Assembly: GCF_000698785.1 (NCBI RefSeq)
Contig: NZ_CP007536.1
Location: forward strand, 1,170,001 to 1,202,000
Length of the DNA stretch: 32,000 nt
Direction of reading: 5' to 3'
From: Nitrososphaera viennensis EN76
Lineage (GTDB): Archaea; Thermoproteota; Nitrososphaeria; Nitrososphaerales; Nitrososphaeraceae
Both the position numbers and the translations under genes were made by a program. Of the stretch, positions 1 through 6,580 are shown piece by piece. Each line of letters opens with the position of its first letter. The first letter of the stretch is position 1. The notes under the pieces were generated by a model. It saw only the letters and a list, made by a program, of their open reading frames with translations, was not told the origin of the DNA and made no database searches.

Positions 1-397
1 CGTCCAGTACGAACACAGACCTCTTTGCAGCGTTGTAGTCGGGCATGCTTGCCAGCTTTTTCATGACGATGCCGTACTTTTTGATGACCTTTCTCCCATA
101 GTCGGAAAGCACGGGGAAGTTCAGGTGATGGTTGTTGGCAAAGGCCTTGTTGACGAACGGCCCGTCGACAGAGATACCAAGCACGTTTGCGCCATAGTCC
201 CGGAGCTCGTCAAGCGAGTCGCGGATTACGCACATTTCCGCCGTGCAGACCGGCGACTCGGCTGCAGGAAAGAATGCAAGTATTGTCTTTTTGCCTCTGA
301 ATTCGCTCAGCTTGCGGTTCTTCATATCCTGGTCCGGGAGTTCAAAGTCAGGGGCCTTTTGGCCTATCTTAACAGATGATGACTTGGCTGCTGCCAT
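1..397 (-). CDS. Peroxiredoxin of the Bcp/AhpC-TSA thioredoxin-fold family (C-terminal part runs off the window)
   Basis: I translated the minus strand from the ATG at complement 395-397: MAAAKSSSVKIGQKAPDFELPDQDMKNRKLSEFRGKKTILAFFPAAESPVCTAEMCVIRD... It has the PDFxL and FFPaa-SPVCT peroxidatic-Cys motifs. It is missing from the ORF track because no stop codon lies inside the window. Confidence 0.8.
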   Translation of the reverse strand, partial: MAAAKSSSVKIGQKAPDFELPDQDMKNRKLSEFRGKKTILAFFPAAESPVCTAEMCVIRDSLDELRDYGANVLGISVDGPFVNKAFANNHHLNFPVLSDYGRKVIKKYGIVMKKLASMPDYNAAKRSVFVLD

Positions 398-420
398 ATG
401 CATGAATGCGGCCGAGCTTG

Positions 421-430
421 CCATAAAAAG
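421..430 (-). promoter_or_regulatory. TATA-box candidate for the peroxiredoxin gene (minus-strand reading CTTTTTATGG)
   Basis: The A/T-rich element is centred about 30 nt upstream of the ATG at 397. The same T-run could terminate the upstream iscS-like operon. Confidence 0.4.
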
Positions 431-445
431 ATTTTCAACCGCGTG

Positions 446-1633
446 TCAGGTGTAGTATTTGGATTTAAAGGGCGAAAGCGAGCGCAGTTCCTTTACCACG
501 CCTGCAAGCGCAGACACCGTCCTGTCCATCTCCTCTTTCGTGTTCTGCATCGACAGGCTGATGCGAAGCGAGCCGGTTATCTCCTCGTAGGAAAAGCCCA
601 TCGCCTTCAGCACGTGCGACGGCTTTTGCTTCTTGACCGAGCAGGCCGAGCCTGTGGACGCGGCAATCCCGTCTTCGTCCAGCTTTATTATCAGGTCCTC
701 CCCGTTTACCCCAAAGAAAGTGAAATGCGCGTTTGGAGCAAGCCGGTTTGTTTTAGAGCCGTTGAGCCTGCTGTGCGGGATTTCCGACAGGACCTTTTCA
801 ATCAGGTAGTCGCGGAGCGCTGACACCTGCCTCTGGTACTCTGGCAGCCGGCCCCCGGCAAGCTCGCACGCCTTTCCAAAGCCGACGATGCCCGGGACGT
901 TTTCGGTGCCCGAGCGCATGGCAGATTCCTGCCCGCCGCCGTGGATTATCGGCATTATCTCCAGCCCGTCGCGGATGTACAGCGCCCCGACGCCTTTGGG
1001 CCCGTTTATCTTGTGCGACGACATTGAAAGCAGGTCGACTCCAAGGTCCCTGACGTCAACCGGCATCTTGCCGGCGGCCTGCACCGCGTCGGTGTGAAAG
1101 AGGGCGCCGGCGTCGTGCGCAATCCGGGCAAGCTCCTTTACCGGCTGGATGGTGCCCACCTCGTTGTTTGCGTGCATGATGCTGACAAGCGCTGTCGAGG
1201 GCGTGATCGCCCCCTTGAGGTCCTCCGGCCTCACCAGCCCTTCCTGAGTGACCGGCAGAAACGTCACGCTGTAGCCCAGCCTTTCAAGGTCGCGGCATGG
1301 CTCTAGCACGGCGTCGTGCTCGATGTAGCTTGTTATCACGTGGTTTTTTGACGGGTCCTTGCTTCTCGCATAGTCGGCTGTCCCCTTGATCGCAAGGTTG
1401 TCGGCCTCTGTGCCGCCCGACGTGAACGTTATCTCTTGCGGCTTTGCAGCGCCCACAAGGCCGGCGACGCGCTTTCTTGCAAGCTGTATCGCCCGCGTCG
1501 CCTCCCTGCCAAAGTAGTGTATTGAAGAGGGATTGCCAAACTGCTGTTTCAGGTACGGGATCATTTCCTGTATCACCTCGTCTGCGACGGGAGTCGACGC
1601 CGCGCTGTCAAGGTAGATTCGTTGTTCTGTCAA
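446..1633 (-). CDS. iscS: Cysteine desulfurase, class V aminotransferase (NifS/IscS type)
   Basis: 395-aa ORF. It has the PLP-lysine motif SSHKINGPKG, the active-site loop STGSACS, and a GGTEADN region. Its TTG start (1631-1633) overlaps the stop of the upstream larE-like gene. Confidence 0.9.
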   Translation of the reverse strand: MTEQRIYLDSAASTPVADEVIQEMIPYLKQQFGNPSSIHYFGREATRAIQLARKRVAGLVGAAKPQEITFTSGGTEADNLAIKGTADYARSKDPSKNHVITSYIEHDAVLEPCRDLERLGYSVTFLPVTQEGLVRPEDLKGAITPSTALVSIMHANNEVGTIQPVKELARIAHDAGALFHTDAVQAAGKMPVDVRDLGVDLLSMSSHKINGPKGVGALYIRDGLEIMPIIHGGGQESAMRSGTENVPGIVGFGKACELAGGRLPEYQRQVSALRDYLIEKVLSEIPHSRLNGSKTNRLAPNAHFTFFGVNGEDLIIKLDEDGIAASTGSACSVKKQKPSHVLKAMGFSYEEITGSLRISLSMQNTKEEMDRTVSALAGVVKELRSLSPFKSKYYT

Positions 1634-2442
1634 TCGACCACCGCCAGCTTGCCGCTCTTGCCATATCCGGAAGCGTCTATCGTCACAAAGCGGAACCCCA
1701 GCTCCTTCAGCTTCTTGTCCAGCAATTCCAGTTTTTCAGGGTCAAACATCCTGCCCAGCTCATCCCTTCCCACCTCGATCCTTGCGATCTCGCCGTGGTC
1801 CCTGACCCGCACCTGCCTGACCCCGAATATCGACTTGACTATTATCTCCGAGCTCTCTATCTTGCGCAGCTTTTCGTACGTGACTTCCATGCCCGTCGGT
1901 ATCCTTGACGCGAGGCACGCGTTTGACGGCTTGTCGTACACGGACAGCCCGAACTCTTTTGCCATCCTGCGGATCTCGGCCTTGTCGATGCCAAGCTCCA
2001 CCATCGGGCTTTTCACGCCGTTTTCGCGAAGCGCCCTGATGCCGGGCCGGTAGTCAGACAGGTCGTCGACATTCGTGCCGTCCACTATCAGCTGTGCGCC
2101 GGTTCTTTTCGCCTCGTCTGCGAGGTGCTGGCCAAGCTCTGTACGGCAGTGGTAGCAGCGCAGATTGTCGTTTTTCACGAATTCAGGGTTTTCAAGCTCG
2201 TCGTACTCTATTACCAGATGCTTGATGCCGATCTCGTGCGCGACCCTCCGGGCAGTGGCAAGCTCCTCGTCCGCAAGCGTCTTGTAGTCTGCCGTTATTG
2301 CAATGGCGTTGTCGCCGAGCGCCTTTTTTGCGGCAAGCGCGACCACCGCGCTGTCGACGCCGCCTGACAGGGCGACAATCGCTCTGCTGCCTGCGGGGAA
2401 CCACGAAACCAGCCGGTCAAATGAAGTTGTTGTCGCCGTCAT
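1630..2442 (-). CDS. larE: LarE-like PP-loop ATP-dependent sulfur transferase (nickel-pincer cofactor biosynthesis), Cys-triad (probable Fe-S) subtype
   Basis: 270-aa ORF. It has the PP-loop SGGVDS at residues 26-31, CYHC at Cys96/Cys99, and SNACLASRIP at Cys176. The start/stop overlaps are ATGA with larC and TTGA with the desulfurase. Confidence 0.8.
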   Translation of the reverse strand: MTATTTSFDRLVSWFPAGSRAIVALSGGVDSAVVALAAKKALGDNAIAITADYKTLADEELATARRVAHEIGIKHLVIEYDELENPEFVKNDNLRCYHCRTELGQHLADEAKRTGAQLIVDGTNVDDLSDYRPGIRALRENGVKSPMVELGIDKAEIRRMAKEFGLSVYDKPSNACLASRIPTGMEVTYEKLRKIESSEIIVKSIFGVRQVRVRDHGEIARIEVGRDELGRMFDPEKLELLDKKLKELGFRFVTIDASGYGKSGKLAVVD

Positions 2443-3674
2443 GTCTTGGACGCCACCTGCGCGTTTACGATCTCCAGCACGCGCCTTGCAGGCATATCAA
2501 GCCTTGCGGCGATTATCTTGATGTCCTCAAACTCGGGCTTGGCCCCAATGGTGTTTCCCTGCGCGTCCTTGGCCACCTTCACGTGCACGTTAAAGGTGTT
2601 ATCGCCTATTGTCACGGGCACCGTCACCACGGCCCGCGGGAGGATGTAGCGCTCCACCTGCTGTACGCGCGCGCCGAGCGTGCCCGACTCTGAAAACAGG
2701 ATGGAAAGCACCGCGTTCAGCAGGGAATTGTCTGCGATTACCCTGACAAGGTACGTGGGCCTGCTCTTTTTCGTGATGCCGGGTATTATTGTCACGTCCT
2801 TGGCGCCGGCGTCCGTCAGCCTGTCGACAAGGTTGCCCATCACCTCGCCTGTTGTGTCGTCGACGTTTGTTTCCACGACGCAGACGGCGTCCTTCTCAAG
2901 TGCCACCGGCGAATCGCCTACAAGGACGCGGACGACGTTGGCAAAACCTGTAAACTTTTTGCTGCCTGCGCCATAGCCGATTTTTTCCGGCACGATTGAC
3001 GGGTAATAGTCGACGCTTCCCTCTGCCAGGTTTGCAAGTAGCGCCGCTCCCGTGGGCGTCGTCAGCTCCTCCTTTGCCTGGCCGCCGGCAAGCGCAAAGC
3101 GCCTGCCCTGAAATATGTGCAGAATAGCGTCGGCAGGGTTTGGCACGGTGCCGTGCGAAAACGTCAGCTTGCCCCCGCCCACCGCCACCTGCGTAGACAC
3201 TATTTTCGAGCCAAGAAGAGAAAGGTCCTGAAGGGCAGTGGCGCAACCTACGATATCTGCAAGCGTGTCCACGCTGGACGCCTCGTGCAGGTGCACGTTG
3301 TTGAAATCCTCGCCGTGGATCTTGGCCTCGGCCGAGATTATCGTCTTTATGGTGTCAAGCGCAAACGCCTTTGCCCTCTGCTCAAGGCCGAGCGCGTCGC
3401 AGGTTTTTGTGAGCGCGCGCACCATCTCTGCGCCCTTGCGCTCGTGCGCGCCGTCCTTGTACTCCAGCTTTAGCTGCGTCGCCGAAAAGCCGTGTGTCAC
3501 TATTTTTTCAAAAGAGGCATTGCTTATCCTGCTGCCCTTCAGGCTGTCCTGGCATGCAAATATGGCGTCCTGCACCTTTTTTGCGCTGGCGCCGGCGTCC
3601 ACCAGCGCGGACGTCAGCATGTCCCCTGCGATGCCTGCCACCTGGCAGTCAATGACAGCTAGCTTCCTTGCCAT
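2439..3674 (-). CDS. larC: LarC-like nickel insertion protein (DUF111 family, NPN cofactor cyclometallase)
   Basis: 411-aa ORF. The N-terminus, LAVIDCQVAGIAGDMLTSALVDAGA, matches the characteristic DUF111/LarC opening (D-x-x-x-G-x-x-GDM). The length is typical. It is coupled to larE by a 4-nt overlap. Confidence 0.85.
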   Translation of the reverse strand: MARKLAVIDCQVAGIAGDMLTSALVDAGASAKKVQDAIFACQDSLKGSRISNASFEKIVTHGFSATQLKLEYKDGAHERKGAEMVRALTKTCDALGLEQRAKAFALDTIKTIISAEAKIHGEDFNNVHLHEASSVDTLADIVGCATALQDLSLLGSKIVSTQVAVGGGKLTFSHGTVPNPADAILHIFQGRRFALAGGQAKEELTTPTGAALLANLAEGSVDYYPSIVPEKIGYGAGSKKFTGFANVVRVLVGDSPVALEKDAVCVVETNVDDTTGEVMGNLVDRLTDAGAKDVTIIPGITKKSRPTYLVRVIADNSLLNAVLSILFSESGTLGARVQQVERYILPRAVVTVPVTIGDNTFNVHVKVAKDAQGNTIGAKPEFEDIKIIAARLDMPARRVLEIVNAQVASKT

Positions 3675-3703
3675 TTGAGAGACGAAACATAATCAGTGCG
3701 GCG

Positions 3704-3714
3704 CTTTATAATAT
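3704..3714 (-). promoter_or_regulatory. TATA-box candidate for the larC-larE-iscS operon (minus-strand ATATTATAAAG)
   Basis: The A/T-rich element is centred about 34 nt upstream of the larC ATG (3674). Confidence 0.45.
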
Positions 3715-3730
3715 CGTTTATTCCGGACGA

Positions 3731-3865
3731 CTATTCGACTACCATGCACCGGCCGTCGGGCCCCTTCTGGTGCTTTAGCCGGTGGGTGTGGCATCCTATG
3801 AGCCTGTGCTCTGTGCAGCCGCAGATAGGACAGCGCTTTATTATCATCCCGCCCTTTTCTCCCAT
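3731..3865 (-). CDS. 44-aa Cys/His-rich putative zinc-binding micro-protein
   Basis: My own translation gives MGEKGGMIIKRCPICGCTEHRLIGCHTHRLKHQKGPDGRCMVVE, running from ATG to TAG. It has a CPICGC knuckle, and third codon positions are C/G-biased like the neighbouring genes. It is below the ORF-track cutoff. Confidence 0.4.
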   Translation of the reverse strand: MGEKGGMIIKRCPICGCTEHRLIGCHTHRLKHQKGPDGRCMVVE

Positions 3866-3915
3866 GATCCAACTAGCCACGACGGGCTTATGTATGTTGT
3901 AGGCTTGCAATATCG

Positions 3916-3923
3916 TTTTTATT
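3916..3923 (+). promoter_or_regulatory. TATA-box candidate (TTTTTATT) for the 3949 gene, implying a leaderless or short-leader mRNA
   Basis: It is centred about 29 nt upstream of the ATG at 3949. Confidence 0.45.
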
Positions 3924-3948
3924 CATCATCGCACACAAGAGGCTTCAT

Positions 3949-4305
3949 ATGGACACGCCAAGGGAGCTTGAATGGTACCTGCGCGACCACTTTTTCAGGC
4001 AGGCAGGAAAGGGCAGGACGCAGTTCCAGAGGAGCGCCATTGCCGGCGAGATGACAAGCCTGTACCTGCGCTATCGCGGATATGACCCGCAGCAGCTCGA
4101 AGAAAGCATGTCCCCTGTGATAGACGACCTTGTGTCGATGCAGATATTGAGACAGTCAGGGGACAGCCTGGAGGTCGCAGGCGCCCTTGTACGCATGCAG
4201 TGCGCAAAGTGCTTTTACGTCAGCTACCTCCTTGCAGAAAAAGAGCCAAAGACGTGCCAGCGCTGTTCAGGGACGGAACTTCACGAGTTCCCAAAGCGCA
4301 AGTAG
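3949..4305 (+). CDS. Hypothetical protein with a C-terminal CxxC...CxxC zinc ribbon (possible small DNA-binding regulator)
   Basis: 118-aa ORF whose C-terminus has CAKC-x19-CQRC. The N-terminal helical part could be wHTH-like, which is inference. Confidence 0.7.
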   Translation: MDTPRELEWYLRDHFFRQAGKGRTQFQRSAIAGEMTSLYLRYRGYDPQQLEESMSPVIDDLVSMQILRQSGDSLEVAGALVRMQCAKCFYVSYLLAEKEPKTCQRCSGTELHEFPKRK

Positions 4306-4377
4306 GTAAATGAGCGAATGAACCAAGCTTATTAAGCAAGTTTTCCCCTTACCCGGGCGTTGCCCGGCCTCGACGAG

Positions 4378-4719
4378 ATGTGCAAAAAGGTGTTTGCTGT
4401 GGACCCTGCCATCAGGTTTGCCGGCGTGATAGACAGGATGGGCAAGCTTGTGGCAGGAGGCATGCGCGACGGGGTAAGCCCGCTAGAATCCATAAAGGAC
4501 ATGGACAAGCTGTACATCGAGTTTGCGCTCCGAAACGCCATGCGTAAAGAGTTCAACGTGGACTTTGGCAAGACCATTTTCACGTTTTCTGAAAGGGAGC
4601 GGATAAAGCTGGCGACGTTTCCGCTGAAAGACGACGATGACAGCCTTTTGCTCGTCTCCATCGAAAAGGACAAGCCCCACGACAAAATAATAAGCGGGAT
4701 ACTGGCAGTCGTACGCTGA
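4378..4719 (+). CDS. Hypothetical protein, tentatively Roadblock/LC7-like fold
   Basis: The ORF-track entry 4360..4719 starts at a TTG, and the first in-frame ATG is at 4378. The pattern IRFAGVIDRMGKLVAGG...LLLVSIEKD resembles Roadblock/MglB-type small domains. This is a weak call. Confidence 0.6.
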   Translation: MCKKVFAVDPAIRFAGVIDRMGKLVAGGMRDGVSPLESIKDMDKLYIEFALRNAMRKEFNVDFGKTIFTFSERERIKLATFPLKDDDDSLLLVSIEKDKPHDKIISGILAVVR

Positions 4720-4970
4720 TGCCCGGCACCAGCAGAAGAAGAAGAAAACGCTCGCGAAGAGGAGAAGACGACGACCTTGTCCCGCCGCGTAAGATAACCG
4801 GCAAAGAGCTGACAGAGCTTGAAGAGCTGAGCGCAAGGCTCACCGCGCTCGTGGAGATGCTTGACGAAAAGGGCGTCATCAACAAAAAAGAGTACGGCCG
4901 CACCGTGGCGATGCGCCTGCACGAAATATCCAAGGCAGCGGCGATTGAAGAGCTGGACGAGGAACTCTAA
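4719..4970 (+). CDS. Small (83 aa) protein with an Arg-rich N-terminus and an acidic helical C-terminus
   Basis: Its ATG overlaps the upstream stop (ATGA at 4716-4721). The sequence is MPGTSRRRRKRSRRGEDDD...LTELEELSARLTALVEMLDEKG. The next gene follows after 2 nt. Confidence 0.6.
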   Translation: MPGTSRRRRKRSRRGEDDDLVPPRKITGKELTELEELSARLTALVEMLDEKGVINKKEYGRTVAMRLHEISKAAAIEELDEEL

Positions 4971-4972
4971 CC

Positions 4973-5674
4973 ATGCAGGCGCAAAAGGCGTTTTCCCTTG
5001 CCATCATCGCAGGGATTATTGGCGGCGCGCTCATGGCGGCGATCAATTTTACCATAGTGCAGGCCCGGCAGAGCGAGATCGCGGATTTCTATGCCGACGA
5101 GTTTGTCGCGCCGGGCATAATTGACGAGGGCGAATTTGACCAAAAGCTGCAAGAGCTGCAGCTGCAGAACGTCGCGCTGCCGGTTGCAACAGGCGTGGCG
5201 GGAGGCGCGCTTGTCGCCGCGGTGTACCTGAGGGCTGGCGCCGGCGCCTTCAAGGTGGCCCTTGCGGTTGCCGGCGCGGCGTGGCTTGCGCTCTATGTCA
5301 TGCCGGCAATAAAGTACCCGGCAAACCCGGACACTGTCTTTAACCCGGAAGGCGACGGCGGGTATTCCATGCTCTACACAGGCTACGCCGCCGCGTCCGG
5401 GCTTGCCGCCCTTGGCTCGGCAATAGCGTTTTCAAGGACTGGCAGAAAGAACTGGTACTTTGGGGCCGCTGGCCTGTACGTCGGCATAATAGCCGCGCTC
5501 TATGTCGCATTCCCGGCCTTTTCCGGCCTGGAATTTGTGCCCCAGCAGTTGCTTGCAGGGTGGCGCTCTTCGATGGCCGCAGGCACGACCGCGCTGTGGT
5601 TTGCGCTTGGAATAATCGCAGGCGCCCTGCTGGAGCGCGAAGAAAAGAAGAAAATTGCCGGGAGAGGGATTTGA
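4973..5674 (+). CDS. Multi-pass membrane protein (about 6 hydrophobic segments), function unknown
   Basis: 233-aa Ala/Gly-rich ORF with repeated hydrophobic stretches of about 20 aa. It has a faint resemblance to CbtA-type metal transporter subunits but no His-rich loop, so I do not assert that assignment. Confidence 0.75.
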   Translation: MQAQKAFSLAIIAGIIGGALMAAINFTIVQARQSEIADFYADEFVAPGIIDEGEFDQKLQELQLQNVALPVATGVAGGALVAAVYLRAGAGAFKVALAVAGAAWLALYVMPAIKYPANPDTVFNPEGDGGYSMLYTGYAAASGLAALGSAIAFSRTGRKNWYFGAAGLYVGIIAALYVAFPAFSGLEFVPQQLLAGWRSSMAAGTTALWFALGIIAGALLEREEKKKIAGRGI

Positions 5675-5887
5675 AGCCTTTTACGGCATTTGCGGATTCC
5701 CAGCTTAAGCGTTGCCATTCTCTCATCCTTGCAGGCGTACCAATAGCTCCTCAAGCTCAATCCTAGTCTCTCTCGGTCAAAAGTTTGCAGAAAGGACGCC
5801 ATCCATCCGGGGACATCCCGCAGGCAATCATAATTAACTCACACGGTGCATATCTGTTGGTGGTGACCAAACCTGCCTAGCGAGGAT

Positions 5888-6073
5888 TTGGAACGATTGA
5901 GACAGATAGTGCAGCAAGAGATCAATGACATAAGGAAGACTATAGAGGATAACCAGCGACATGATTTTGAAGAGCTGGGCGGCACATTCTCCCGTACAGC
6001 AGACAGAAATGACTTGATCAGGATAAACACTTTGAGATGGGTACTGGACATAATAGAGACGCTGAATAGTTAG
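5888..6073 (+). CDS. Hypothetical small helical protein (61 aa, TTG start)
   Basis: The ORF-track entry has a protein-like charged helical sequence. It has a non-ATG start, lower GC and weak codon bias. Confidence 0.35.
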   Translation: MERLRQIVQQEINDIRKTIEDNQRHDFEELGGTFSRTADRNDLIRINTLRWVLDIIETLNS

Positions 6074-6130
6074 GGCTCCTGAAAAAAGTGTGCGTATCGT
6101 TCTTAAGGGCCAACCGGCCAGTTTTCCGCT

Positions 6131-6160
6131 ATTCTTTTTGATTCAAGCAATTCTTTTTCA
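6131..6160 (+). terminator. Two T5 runs in a short direct repeat (ATTCTTTTTG / TTCTTTTTCA), candidate archaeal oligo-T terminators
   Basis: The T5 runs lie at 6135-6139 and 6154-6158, downstream of the 5888-6073 ORF. Confidence 0.3.
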
Positions 6161-6210
6161 AGTTGACAGCATGTCCGGCACCGGTTCCCAAGAAAAACTA
6201 TCCAGCAGGA

Positions 6211-6223
6211 ATCCAAAAGTAAA
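6211..6223 (-). terminator. Oligo-T stretch directly after the tRNA 3' end (minus-strand TTTACTTTTGGAT)
   Basis: The T-rich tract begins immediately downstream of the encoded CCA. Confidence 0.4.
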
Positions 6224-6326
6224 TGGCGCCGGGAGAGGGATTTGAACCCTCGGGACCCTTACGGGTCACAAGCTGGCTGGATGAATTTTTCCAGGCTTGC
6301 GCCCTCCCGGGCTAGGCGACCCCGGC
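6224..6326 (-). tRNA. tRNA-Ser (anticodon GGA) with a 14-nt intron at the canonical 37/38 position and an encoded CCA
   Basis: I folded it by hand from the minus strand. The parts are acceptor GCCGGGG/TCCCGGC (one G-U), D arm GCCT-AGCCCGGGA-GGGC, and anticodon stem CAAGC/GCTTG with loop CTGGAA[AAATTCATCCAGCC]A. There is a long variable arm GACCC-GTAA-GGGTC (class II), T arm GAGGG-TTCAAAT-CCCTC, discriminator G, then CCA. Confidence 0.9.
6275..6288 (-). other. tRNA-Ser intron (about 14 nt; boundaries ambiguous by 1-3 nt because of an A-run)
   Basis: The intron contains TCCAG, complementary to CTGGA of the anticodon loop. A splicing-endonuclease bulge-helix-bulge-type helix is expected to have this pairing. 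Confidence 0.75.
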
Positions 6327-6351
6327 AACCAAGCACCGTTTTGGCCCCTTC

Positions 6352-6360
6352 ACTATATAA
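6352..6360 (-). promoter_or_regulatory. TATA box for the tRNA-Ser gene (ACTATATAA, near-palindromic)
   Basis: It is centred about 30 nt upstream of the tRNA 5' end at 6326. Confidence 0.55.
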
Positions 6361-6421
6361 TTCAATCAAAGAGAAGGTGGCAAAGATAAAAATTGAGGAA
6401 CGCTGATTGTTACTTGTTCTT

Positions 6422-6580
6422 TTGAGCAACCAAGGACTTTCAGACAACTGCAAGGGCGGAAACCACGTCGACTGCAGCGACTGCATGTGCAAGTGCCACA
6501 TACCCGGCACTATTGAGAACCTGTCAAGGAACATTGCCAGGCTTGACCGCAAGCGCCCGGGAATTGGCGAGACGATCTAG
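6422..6580 (+). CDS. 52-aa Cys-rich micro-ORF (TTG start; internal ATG at 6485)
   Basis: My own translation gives (M)SNQGLSDNCKGGNHVDCSDCMCKCHIPGTIENLSRNIARLDRKRPGIGETI. Third-position C/G bias is strong, like real genes here. Its stop overlaps the convergent cbf5 stop by 4 nt. Confidence 0.35.
   Translation: MSNQGLSDNCKGGNHVDCSDCMCKCHIPGTIENLSRNIARLDRKRPGIGETI

Noticed and set aside
4332-4922. A 196-aa minus-strand ORF, with overlapping 117-aa minus-strand ORFs.
   Set aside because: They are antisense to two plus-strand genes that are translationally coupled (ATGA overlap). Their composition is Ser-rich shadow-frame.
4973-5674. Calling the 233-aa membrane protein CbtA (a cobalt/nickel transporter subunit) because of its proximity to Ni-cofactor and cobalamin genes.
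   Set aside because: It shares only overall size and hydrophobic pattern with CbtA. There is no His-rich loop and no cbtB-like partner ORF. I left it as an unknown membrane protein.
5500-5802. A 100-aa minus-strand ORF converging on the membrane-protein gene, and a 70-aa minus-strand ORF at 5839..6051.
   Set aside because: The first overlaps 175 nt of the 3' end of a well-supported CDS. Both are Ser/Arg-rich with no motifs. The 5839..6051 ORF is antisense to a more protein-like plus-strand ORF.
6259-6552. A 97-aa minus-strand ORF.
   Set aside because: It overlaps the tRNA-Ser gene and its promoter and has no protein-like features.
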